Virus record (IMG/VR): IMGVR_UViG_3300042564_002819
Coordinates: 62,001-126,000 of that record
Length of the DNA: 64,000 nucleotides
Direction: 5' to 3' (one strand)
Shown here: positions 1 through 7,878 of the stretch, in pieces
Layout of the letters: every line of letters starts with the position of its first letter
How positions within the stretch are numbered: the first letter of the stretch is position 1
Position numbers and translations under genes: made by a program
Notes under the pieces: generated by a model
Databases searched by the model: none
What the model was told of the DNA's origin: nothing
What the model saw: the letters and a program-made list of their open reading frames with translations, nothing else

Positions 1-565
1 CTTTACTTAGGCTAATTGAAAACGTCTTGATAGCAGAATGTGACAAATCTATATCAATGTTTTTACACTGTCCTAGCCATGCTGCATCTATGTGAACGTC
101 GATAGAGTTTTTGTAACAAAAGTCTAAGAGTCGATCTATGTCGGGTATATTCCCTGCTGTTTTAACAGAAGGATAAGAAATAACTAGAACTGATCCTGAC
201 GGTATTGCAGAATAATGTGTTACTTTTAAAATTTTTGGATTTAATCTCCAATGATATGCATACTCGCCTTCGAATATTACTAACTTATTACTGTATCTGT
301 AATGCAGTTCGTCTATTTGCTGTGAAACACCTAATATAGCATCAGTAAATTTAAAAGACTCTAAATTTTTAATATTATTTAATTTAGAATTTTTAATCCA
401 AGCTGTAACTTTTTCTATAAAGTATTTTGTATATTGATTGCTATCTGTTGGATATTCTTTCATATCTAGAGAATCTCGAAACCCAATAATTTTACCAACT
501 AACATAGGAGGAATTCTAGATGTTAAAAACTTTTCTACACTTAAGTTATTATAATCCATATACAT
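1..565 (-). CDS. PLP-dependent fold-type-I enzyme (aminotransferase/decarboxylase-like), partial, runs off the left edge; not in the ORF track
   Basis: Manual translation from ATG 565 (or 559): MYMDYNNLSVEKFLTSRIPP...FEGEYAYHWR...LVISYPS...DVHIDAAWLG...TFSISLSK, open to base 1. D-A-A-W and S-L-S-K match the PLP-binding Asp and Schiff-base Lys motifs. Confidence 0.75.
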   Translation of the reverse strand, partial: MYMDYNNLSVEKFLTSRIPPMLVGKIIGFRDSLDMKEYPTDSNQYTKYFIEKVTAWIKNSKLNNIKNLESFKFTDAILGVSQQIDELHYRYSNKLVIFEGEYAYHWRLNPKILKVTHYSAIPSGSVLVISYPSVKTAGNIPDIDRLLDFCYKNSIDVHIDAAWLGQCKNIDIDLSHSAIKTFSISLSK

Positions 566-1916
566 CGCCTTTTAACAATGCCCATGTTTTTTCGCATACA
601 TCTTTTAGTTTTTCTTTTCTTGACTTATCTAATGTATTTGTATAATACCAAAACTTTTCTAAATCTTTAGAATGATCTTCTGAGTTCATAAATTTTATAT
701 ATTGATCTAATATCTTACAAAAATACTTAAAGTTTTCCGATTTTTCTTTTTCGGTTAAATCTAGCAACGAAATCTCTGCTTTAGCTTCAATCTTTTTTTG
801 TTCAAAGTAATTTTCTATCCACTGCTTACTTTCTTTTGGAAATATTTGAATATTTAAGAACTTTGGATTATGTAAAGGATGCGGACTTATTACCGGCTTG
901 TGTTGCACCTCAACATTAATTCTTTTAAATTTTTGTTTGATTTTCCAAAGCATCATATCAGGCAAGTGAACTAGATTATATGCTTGTATAGTAGCAGCCC
1001 ACCATATTTTAAAATCTCCTTCAGCAGCGTCTAATTTTCGCATATTTTCTTCTATCTTGTGCCATTTGCTAGGATTTCTTATATAATCGTTTATTGGTCC
1101 TACAGCATCAACACTCATTCCAATTTGTATACGTTCAAAATGCTTCCAAATATTCCAAGCACGTTCTGGAATATTAGTAATATTTGTATTGTATTCTATC
1201 ACAATAGATTTAGATCTTCCGGCATCTATGCACTTTTGTAAAAACTCGTAATGTTGGTCTATTAATAAAGGTTCCCCTCCAACGATGTATAATCGTTCTA
1301 TTGTAGGAATTTCTTGTTCCATTTCCTTCCAAAAAGCAGGCTTTTCGTACCAAGAATAGATATCAACTTCGGGTTTATGCTTTCCGTTTGCTGTTTTTAT
1401 TAATTTTACAGTTTGCCCGCTATCTTTATATTGATTTCCCCAAAGCAATACGTTGTCATCGTACCACTGACTGCTATCTGTAGGCCCACACATTCTACAT
1501 TTTAAATTGCAAAGATTTCCAAAACGAAGATCCATGTATTTTATAGGATTTTCTTCTAAATCAATTGATCCATCTTGCTTCGTTTTTGATATGGCATCTT
1601 CTTTATTAATTACATGAGCCCATATATCTCTTTCCCAACTAGCTCTACTTTCCATTCCTGATTCTGCTTCACGTTTACATCTAATGCATGATTCGTGATA
1701 TTCATTATTTAACATAGCTAATCTAACTTCTTTCATTAGATTGCTGTTTCTAAATCCGTGTATAGTTTCAGTTGATAGGTTGTAATTCGATCCTGTTTCT
1801 GTTTTTACTAATCCCTGATTAATACTAACATTTGCATTACAACATATTCTTACATCGCCGTTATTTCTTACATTTAAACTCATCCACGGCAGTGGACAAA
1901 ATGCGTTATTTTCCAT
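549..1916 (-). CDS. Radical SAM protein with N-terminal Twitch (half-SPASM) domain
   Basis: N-terminal CPLPW...ICC...CIRC, then CNLKCRMC, GGEP and YNTN. Confidence 0.9.
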   Translation of the reverse strand: MENNAFCPLPWMSLNVRNNGDVRICCNANVSINQGLVKTETGSNYNLSTETIHGFRNSNLMKEVRLAMLNNEYHESCIRCKREAESGMESRASWERDIWAHVINKEDAISKTKQDGSIDLEENPIKYMDLRFGNLCNLKCRMCGPTDSSQWYDDNVLLWGNQYKDSGQTVKLIKTANGKHKPEVDIYSWYEKPAFWKEMEQEIPTIERLYIVGGEPLLIDQHYEFLQKCIDAGRSKSIVIEYNTNITNIPERAWNIWKHFERIQIGMSVDAVGPINDYIRNPSKWHKIEENMRKLDAAEGDFKIWWAATIQAYNLVHLPDMMLWKIKQKFKRINVEVQHKPVISPHPLHNPKFLNIQIFPKESKQWIENYFEQKKIEAKAEISLLDLTEKEKSENFKYFCKILDQYIKFMNSEDHSKDLEKFWYYTNTLDKSRKEKLKDVCEKTWALLKGDVYGL

Positions 1917-1930
1917 TTATAAATCCTATA

Positions 1931-2980
1931 TTAAGAAAGTTGCTTATCGTTTTTATTTTTTCCATGTCCGCTACTAAACTCAAATTTTTTGCCACAAGTT
2001 CTACCGCATGTATATATTCTTTTAAATGTATCGTCTTGATTATTCCAGGAATTGTGTAAATATGAATTAAAAAAGTCATGTTTTAGTACATCCCAACCGT
2101 GTATTCTCATATCATTAAAACTTTCCCCATAAAGATTTTTTATATGATCAAAGCTAGGTTGTTGTTTGTTTTTATGATGGAAGTAACTTGGGGCCCCAAG
2201 CCAACAACACGGCCAAAGTTTCATCGTCATATCAACAAAAACAGTTTTATCAATTTTATATTTACAGCTAATCGGTGTTGTTAAAACATAATTTTCAAAA
2301 TCTTTAATTGAATCTTTATCTTTCTTGTTATGATTAGTAGGAGTATCCTCAACAACGTTGCCTTTTTTTGTAACAGTATTTTTTTGATCTTGATCTGCAA
2401 AACGAGCAGTATATTTAACTGTGAATTTTTTAAATCCAAGACTGTTTGCTAAGTTTTGTGCTTGTTCAATTTGATGATAGTTGTGTTGAAACTCTATAAA
2501 TGCCCATTCTGCATGGCCCCCGGCCGAAATAAATGCTTCTGCATTTTTAATTATTTTATTAAAATCACTACCAACTCTGTATAATTGATTTGTGTCTTCT
2601 AATCCGTCAATACTAAAAATAATTGACAACTTTTCTGCTGACTTTTTGGCTAATTCTGCCCACCATTCTGGCTTACGCATACTTCCATTTGTTGCAATTC
2701 TTACATGCTTTACATTTTTTGTTAAGCAATATTCATGAGCTGCGTCAAAGGTAGGACTTGCAATCACATCGCCGTAATTTCCGCAATGAAAGATTGTTAC
2801 CTGATTCTCTTTGAAAGGTTGCAAAATTATCTCATAGTCTGATACAGTTAGATCAGTTATTGGCATGCTAGGATTTAATGTATTGTTAAACATCCTAGCA
2901 CATTGAGGACATGCACAATTACATCTACTTGTATGATCTATTTGTATTTTTTGAATTTCTTCTAAATTTAAATAGTTCAC
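1931..2980 (-). CDS. Radical SAM protein with C-terminal Twitch-like domain
   Basis: CNCACPQC near the N-terminus, GNYGD, TNG, FSIDG; C-terminal C...WPCCW...CGRTC. Confidence 0.88.
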   Translation of the reverse strand: MNYLNLEEIQKIQIDHTSRCNCACPQCARMFNNTLNPSMPITDLTVSDYEIILQPFKENQVTIFHCGNYGDVIASPTFDAAHEYCLTKNVKHVRIATNGSMRKPEWWAELAKKSAEKLSIIFSIDGLEDTNQLYRVGSDFNKIIKNAEAFISAGGHAEWAFIEFQHNYHQIEQAQNLANSLGFKKFTVKYTARFADQDQKNTVTKKGNVVEDTPTNHNKKDKDSIKDFENYVLTTPISCKYKIDKTVFVDMTMKLWPCCWLGAPSYFHHKNKQQPSFDHIKNLYGESFNDMRIHGWDVLKHDFFNSYLHNSWNNQDDTFKRIYTCGRTCGKKFEFSSGHGKNKNDKQLS

Positions 2981-3630
2981 AGTCTATCAAATCCCCATCG
3001 ACGTTCAGCACAAAACCAGCAATTACCACAATGTTTTTCAAAGTTGTCAGTGTATTTCTCACAACTTCTAGTCATAGGAAATAATGTATCAAAGACATTA
3101 AAATAACGGTACAATTCTGCTACATCTCTTTTATTAAAGTTAATCAATGGATGACATGCCGTTCCTTCGTAGATGTTTTTTAGTCTTTCTCTGTCTGGTG
3201 GATCAGTCCATCCTCGCCAATATACACTTCTCGGTATTGCGTTTTTTGGAGGATTTTGTGTTATTCCAGCAAAATGAAATTGAATTTTATTGTTTTTATA
3301 TAAGTTATTAGTTAATAGTTGTTGTGTTTTAATATAATTTTCATCTTCTGGCAAAGGGCTATATGCTGTCTCGTGTTCCAAAAAAATATCGCCAAACTCT
3401 TTTTTATAAAACTCGACTATTTTTTTAGCAAACTGAATTTGAAAAGCTTTGCCTTCTTGATCAACAGTTATTGGAACAATTTTTAAGTCAGGCCTTTCTT
3501 CAACTACATATTTAGATAGTATGTATCCTGTAATTGCACTATCTGCACCCCCTGAGATTTTTAATCCCACAGATGAAACATTATTAAAAACTACAATATT
3601 TAGATTGTGTTTGCTATGAGGAATTATCAT
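2977..3630 (-). CDS. QueC-like PP-loop ATPase (7-cyano-7-deazaguanine synthase family)
   Basis: PP-loop ISGGADS; C-terminal Zn motif TRSC-x10-CGNCWFCAER; 217 aa. Confidence 0.75.
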   Translation of the reverse strand: MIIPHSKHNLNIVVFNNVSSVGLKISGGADSAITGYILSKYVVEERPDLKIVPITVDQEGKAFQIQFAKKIVEFYKKEFGDIFLEHETAYSPLPEDENYIKTQQLLTNNLYKNNKIQFHFAGITQNPPKNAIPRSVYWRGWTDPPDRERLKNIYEGTACHPLINFNKRDVAELYRYFNVFDTLFPMTRSCEKYTDNFEKHCGNCWFCAERRWGFDRL

Positions 3631-5042
3631 TGTAAAATCTCGGTAAAGATAGGAAAAACTTTTAAAAATTTATCTTCCCATTGTCGTTGTTTGTTAATAA
3701 GAGATATGTATTCTTTTGTTTCTGGTAATCTTTCCGACCAATCTTCACTGTTCATAAAATTTATAATACCTTTGAATCTTTTAATTCCGTAAGGATTTTC
3801 TAAAAACTGTTCTTTAGAAATGTTGTTTTCTTTTACTCCAGTAAACTGTTGCCAATTGTCTTCTATCCATGGATAAAAATCGTTTTCGTATTTGTCTGTA
3901 ATTTGTTTTTTAACATTTTTCGGCAATACTTTTACATTTAATTGAGGAGGCCAGTACGCAAAGTGCATGTTTATGCCGCCGGCTCCTAGTGGCCAAGAAT
4001 TTATCTTTTTAAAACCTTGTTGAGTTTTCCATTTTACAAACTCCGGTATATAAGCAATATTAAGAGCCATTATAGTAGTTGCCGTTGTTACTTCAACTTG
4101 AGGTGCAGTATTGTCTAGTTTCCAAAACACTTCTTCCTGGTGTTGCCACTGACTAGGATATCGAATATAATCATTGTGTTCTCCGTGTGCATCTATACTA
4201 TAATGAAATCTAACACGTTTAAACTCTGCCCATAGATCAAATAAATCACTACGCCATTCAACTGCATTGCTATTGTAACGTAACTCTATATTCTTTGCAT
4301 ACCCACGTCTAATGCATTCTTCTAATAGATCATAATGTTCATCTATAATAAGACTTTCGCCTCCGGCAAAGTATAGTTGATACATATGAGGAATTTGTTC
4401 AAACAAGTCTTGCCAGAATTTTGGATTATTTTTATGCCAATTATAGCTAGCACCGTGTACTCTGCCTTTATTTTCCCACTGACTAGTACCTTTTAATCTT
4501 TCATTTGTTATTTGAGGGTACAAAGAATTCCATTCTTTTACCCAGCCGCTCGAATCGTGAGGACTACACATTACACAAGCAAGCTGACACTTTGTACCCA
4601 TACGCAAGTCAATATACCGTATTTTCGGGGGTATAGAACCGTCAGCGGCAGTTTCATTAACTAATTCTTGTAGGTCAAAGCGGCTTGCCCAATAATCGGT
4701 TTCCCAATTTCTTTTACTAAGATGTCCAGCTTCTTCTTCTTTGTAACACTTTAGACAACTAGCAGGCTTTTCGCCACGAAGCATCATCTTACGAACATTA
4801 CGCATATATCCGCTGTTCCATGCTTCTTCTAGGCTAGTATGATTAAAATTAGCAGGAACGCCCGAGTCGTTCTTTACGACTCCAACTTCGCCACCACCGA
4901 TTTTGTTACTGCTGTCTGGATCTTGAACACTGCTGGCGTTACTTGTGCAACATGTTCGCATTTTTCCATCCGGTCTACTTGATAAGTGTAGCCACGGCAA
5001 TGCACAAAAGGTAGGCGAAATATGATTGTATTTTTCTGACAT
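3627..5042 (-). CDS. Radical SAM protein with N-terminal Twitch domain
   Basis: CALPW...TCC...CLKC, then CQLACVMC and AGGE; paralog of 549..1916. Confidence 0.9.
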   Translation of the reverse strand: MSEKYNHISPTFCALPWLHLSSRPDGKMRTCCTSNASSVQDPDSSNKIGGGEVGVVKNDSGVPANFNHTSLEEAWNSGYMRNVRKMMLRGEKPASCLKCYKEEEAGHLSKRNWETDYWASRFDLQELVNETAADGSIPPKIRYIDLRMGTKCQLACVMCSPHDSSGWVKEWNSLYPQITNERLKGTSQWENKGRVHGASYNWHKNNPKFWQDLFEQIPHMYQLYFAGGESLIIDEHYDLLEECIRRGYAKNIELRYNSNAVEWRSDLFDLWAEFKRVRFHYSIDAHGEHNDYIRYPSQWQHQEEVFWKLDNTAPQVEVTTATTIMALNIAYIPEFVKWKTQQGFKKINSWPLGAGGINMHFAYWPPQLNVKVLPKNVKKQITDKYENDFYPWIEDNWQQFTGVKENNISKEQFLENPYGIKRFKGIINFMNSEDWSERLPETKEYISLINKQRQWEDKFLKVFPIFTEILQ

Positions 5043-5050
5043 GTTAATAC

Positions 5051-6130
5051 TTATTTAAACTGTTCTGCAAAAGGATCAAACTCGATACCACATTTCATAG
5101 CACAAACTTTTAATTTTCCATTTTCGTAACTGTTTTCATGCCACGACGCTTCTATAAGATCAAAAATTTCTGTAGAAAATACACGTTCTAAACCATGTAT
5201 CTTAGCATTTATTGCATCTTTGCCGCCGGCAAAATTAATAAATTGCCATATTTGTTCTTGTTTAGGATCTTTTTGCCACCATTTGTACATTCGACCAGCA
5301 GTCCAACAACAAGGCATTGCTATCCCTTCTGCTGTAATAAACAAACTGCCTTCGTCTTTTACCTTGCATCTGATAGGAGTTTGTTGATAGTAAGCATCCA
5401 TGCTTCCGTATTTTATTTCTAACAATGTTTGCTTCTTTAATGCATTGTTTACATATTTGTCATCGGGCTTTTTAAGTTCGGTTGTTTGATTACCTTTTCG
5501 ATCAATTGCTTGGTGTGATTCTTTTTTCTTGCTATCTTGCGTAATAAATCTACCAGTTTTTTTAGCAACAAACTTTTCAAAGCCTAATTCCTTTGACAAC
5601 GCTTCTGCGTCTTCGACCTGATGTTGGTTATGTTCAAATATTAAAAAATCCCAACGTGCTCTGCCGCCGGCTGCAATAAATGCTCGCATACTACGTTCGA
5701 CTATATTCCAGTTAACACCTTGACGATACAAATGATTTGTATCACCGAGTCCGTCTACACTAAAAATAACAGTACCTGCTCTTCCAAGTATAGTTGCAAG
5801 TTCTTGCCACCATTCGGGATCACGGGCGCCAGCATTTGTATTCATGCTTAACCACATCTTAGGATTATTTTGTCTAAAATAGCGAAATATTTCTAGTGTG
5901 TCTCGAGCAACAATTGGATCTCCTAAATTACCGCACATATACATGGTGTTTAGCTGTGCTATAAATTCCGGTGTGAATATTTTTTTACAATCATCGAGTG
6001 TTAGTTCACTTAAATCTATATGAGGATTTAGTGCTCCGCCGTTTTGATTACGGTCACACATAGGGCAACTAGCTTGACAGTTTTGTGTTACTTCTAAGTG
6101 TATGGTTTTTATATCTTTATATTCATACAT
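5051..6130 (-). CDS. Radical SAM protein with C-terminal Twitch-like domain
   Basis: CQASCPMC, GNLGD, FSVDG; C...PCCW...CAMKC; paralog of 1931..2980. Confidence 0.88.
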   Translation of the reverse strand: MYEYKDIKTIHLEVTQNCQASCPMCDRNQNGGALNPHIDLSELTLDDCKKIFTPEFIAQLNTMYMCGNLGDPIVARDTLEIFRYFRQNNPKMWLSMNTNAGARDPEWWQELATILGRAGTVIFSVDGLGDTNHLYRQGVNWNIVERSMRAFIAAGGRARWDFLIFEHNQHQVEDAEALSKELGFEKFVAKKTGRFITQDSKKKESHQAIDRKGNQTTELKKPDDKYVNNALKKQTLLEIKYGSMDAYYQQTPIRCKVKDEGSLFITAEGIAMPCCWTAGRMYKWWQKDPKQEQIWQFINFAGGKDAINAKIHGLERVFSTEIFDLIEASWHENSYENGKLKVCAMKCGIEFDPFAEQFK

Positions 6131-6350
6131 CGTATATTAACTCTACATCCTTTCCTGGACCTATTTTACTAGGAAGATCACCGTATTGCTCTATGTACCA
6201 TTTAATTACAGCTATATACCAATTTTGACTATTATGATGTGCCTGTTTATTAAATTGAAAAATATTATTATTAGTTGCTTGTATTGTGCTTAACGCACGG
6301 GCACTTTCTTTTTGTAAATCTCTTAAACTTAACTTTGTTAAATCATTCAT
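6123..6350 (-). CDS. Small hypothetical protein (75 aa)
   Basis: Fills the gap exactly and overlaps both neighbours (ATGA coupling at 6347-6350). Confidence 0.7.
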   Translation of the reverse strand: MNDLTKLSLRDLQKESARALSTIQATNNNIFQFNKQAHHNSQNWYIAVIKWYIEQYGDLPSKIGPGKDVELIYDV

Positions 6351-7030
6351 TCTAATTCTAACATCCCATTAATGTTTTTAATGCCTTCGCTTGAAAAATT
6401 AAACATTCTTTCATTAAAAATTTCTTGTAGTTTGTCTTTATTTAAAACGTTTATTATTTTATATGGAGTTTTTCCAGGTTCGAATGTAGGACGTGGCGGA
6501 GAATCTTCAAATGGTAAATTTAATTTTTTATAATCAGTATAACTATCAAAAGAAAGATCTTCAAAATAAATTATGTCGTTATGAATGTTATTTTTTTTTA
6601 ATTCAGCAAACTTTGTCCAAAGATCAATTTTTCTTTCTAAAACTTCTGTAAATTGATACTCGTCTATACTAATAGTTGTTTTTTCGTAAGGAAAATCGTT
6701 AAAATTTTGTAATTTATTAGCTACAACATGACTAAATGTATTTTGAAACAGATCTTTTCTTAAAAGAAAGATTTTATACCAAATGTTGTTATTTAAAAAA
6801 AATTTAATAGTCTTAGGTCTCTTAATCTCATATATTTGATTTAAGTGAGTTTTTAATATAACATTTTTATGTAACAAACAGGTTTTAATTATACCTTTTA
6901 CATACGTGTCTGGCTGTTCAGTCATAAAGGGTTCTGTAAGAAAAAACGTATTCCTATAAAAATAACGATAGATGGTTCTAGCAAAATAACTACTTCCTGT
7001 TCTTGTACTAGATATTATAAGTATTTTCAT
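6347..7030 (-). CDS. Putative sulfotransferase (Stf0-like P-loop fold)
   Basis: N-terminal SSTRTGSSY resembles the 5'-PSB loop; LLRKDLFQNTFS resembles the 3'-PB motif; late IYFEDL. Confidence 0.6.
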   Translation of the reverse strand: MKILIISSTRTGSSYFARTIYRYFYRNTFFLTEPFMTEQPDTYVKGIIKTCLLHKNVILKTHLNQIYEIKRPKTIKFFLNNNIWYKIFLLRKDLFQNTFSHVVANKLQNFNDFPYEKTTISIDEYQFTEVLERKIDLWTKFAELKKNNIHNDIIYFEDLSFDSYTDYKKLNLPFEDSPPRPTFEPGKTPYKIINVLNKDKLQEIFNERMFNFSSEGIKNINGMLELE

Positions 7031-7878
7031 TATTTTATTCCAATTTTCATAAATCTTGTATACTTAGGTAAAACTAATTCACCCTTAAAAAGTGTATTAG
7101 TCATAGGTGCTTTTTTATCAAACTCGTCTAAATCTGTTGAACAATTAACATGTTCTGCAACTTCAAAATAATTATTTCCTTGTAAAATTACTAATTTTCC
7201 TGTTGGAATTTTTTCATACCAATCTTTAAAATTTTCTATATGCTCGCAACTAGTATTAATAATTGTATTAGGGATATCAGTTATAGGATAACTCATCCTG
7301 TTATTTGCATTGCTCCAATATTGCCAAGTATGTTCTCTGTAATCAATGTCTTGTATATTTTGTATTAATGACTTAAATCTCCACTGATCTGTAAACCAAG
7401 GTTTGTTAAAAACTTCTGCAATATCTACTGTGGTAGGATCAATATCAAAACTTCTAATTTTGTCAATTTTAATTCCGCTTTCAAACAACATTACTGCAAG
7501 TGTACCATACCACCCTGCACATAAAAAAACTGTACCTAACTCAACATCTAGTTTTTTTAATTCATTAACCAACCATAGTTTACTTTGTAATTGACCTCTA
7601 CTAAAACAATCGTTGTCAATCTTTAAATTGTTAACATAAAAGTTTTTGAATGCTGAGACAAATTGAGTATCAACGTAATTGTCTAATAATGGCCAAAGTT
7701 TCCATGCATTGTCTTCTAGAATTAGTTTTCTTAAATCTTCTTTGTTTTGATCATTAACTATGCGAAAAATACTGTTTAAATCTCGGTCAATATAAGCTCT
7801 ACGCAGGTCTGATAATTTATTATTATCAGAATAGAGTAATTCAAATCTATCTAATATCTCAAATATTTCTAGCATCAA
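7030..7878 (-). CDS. Putative class I SAM-dependent methyltransferase
   Basis: VFLCAGWYG (motif I-like), SFDIDP (acidic end of beta2), IINTSCEH. Confidence 0.6.
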   Translation of the reverse strand: MMLEIFEILDRFELLYSDNNKLSDLRRAYIDRDLNSIFRIVNDQNKEDLRKLILEDNAWKLWPLLDNYVDTQFVSAFKNFYVNNLKIDNDCFSRGQLQSKLWLVNELKKLDVELGTVFLCAGWYGTLAVMLFESGIKIDKIRSFDIDPTTVDIAEVFNKPWFTDQWRFKSLIQNIQDIDYREHTWQYWSNANNRMSYPITDIPNTIINTSCEHIENFKDWYEKIPTGKLVILQGNNYFEVAEHVNCSTDLDEFDKKAPMTNTLFKGELVLPKYTRFMKIGIK

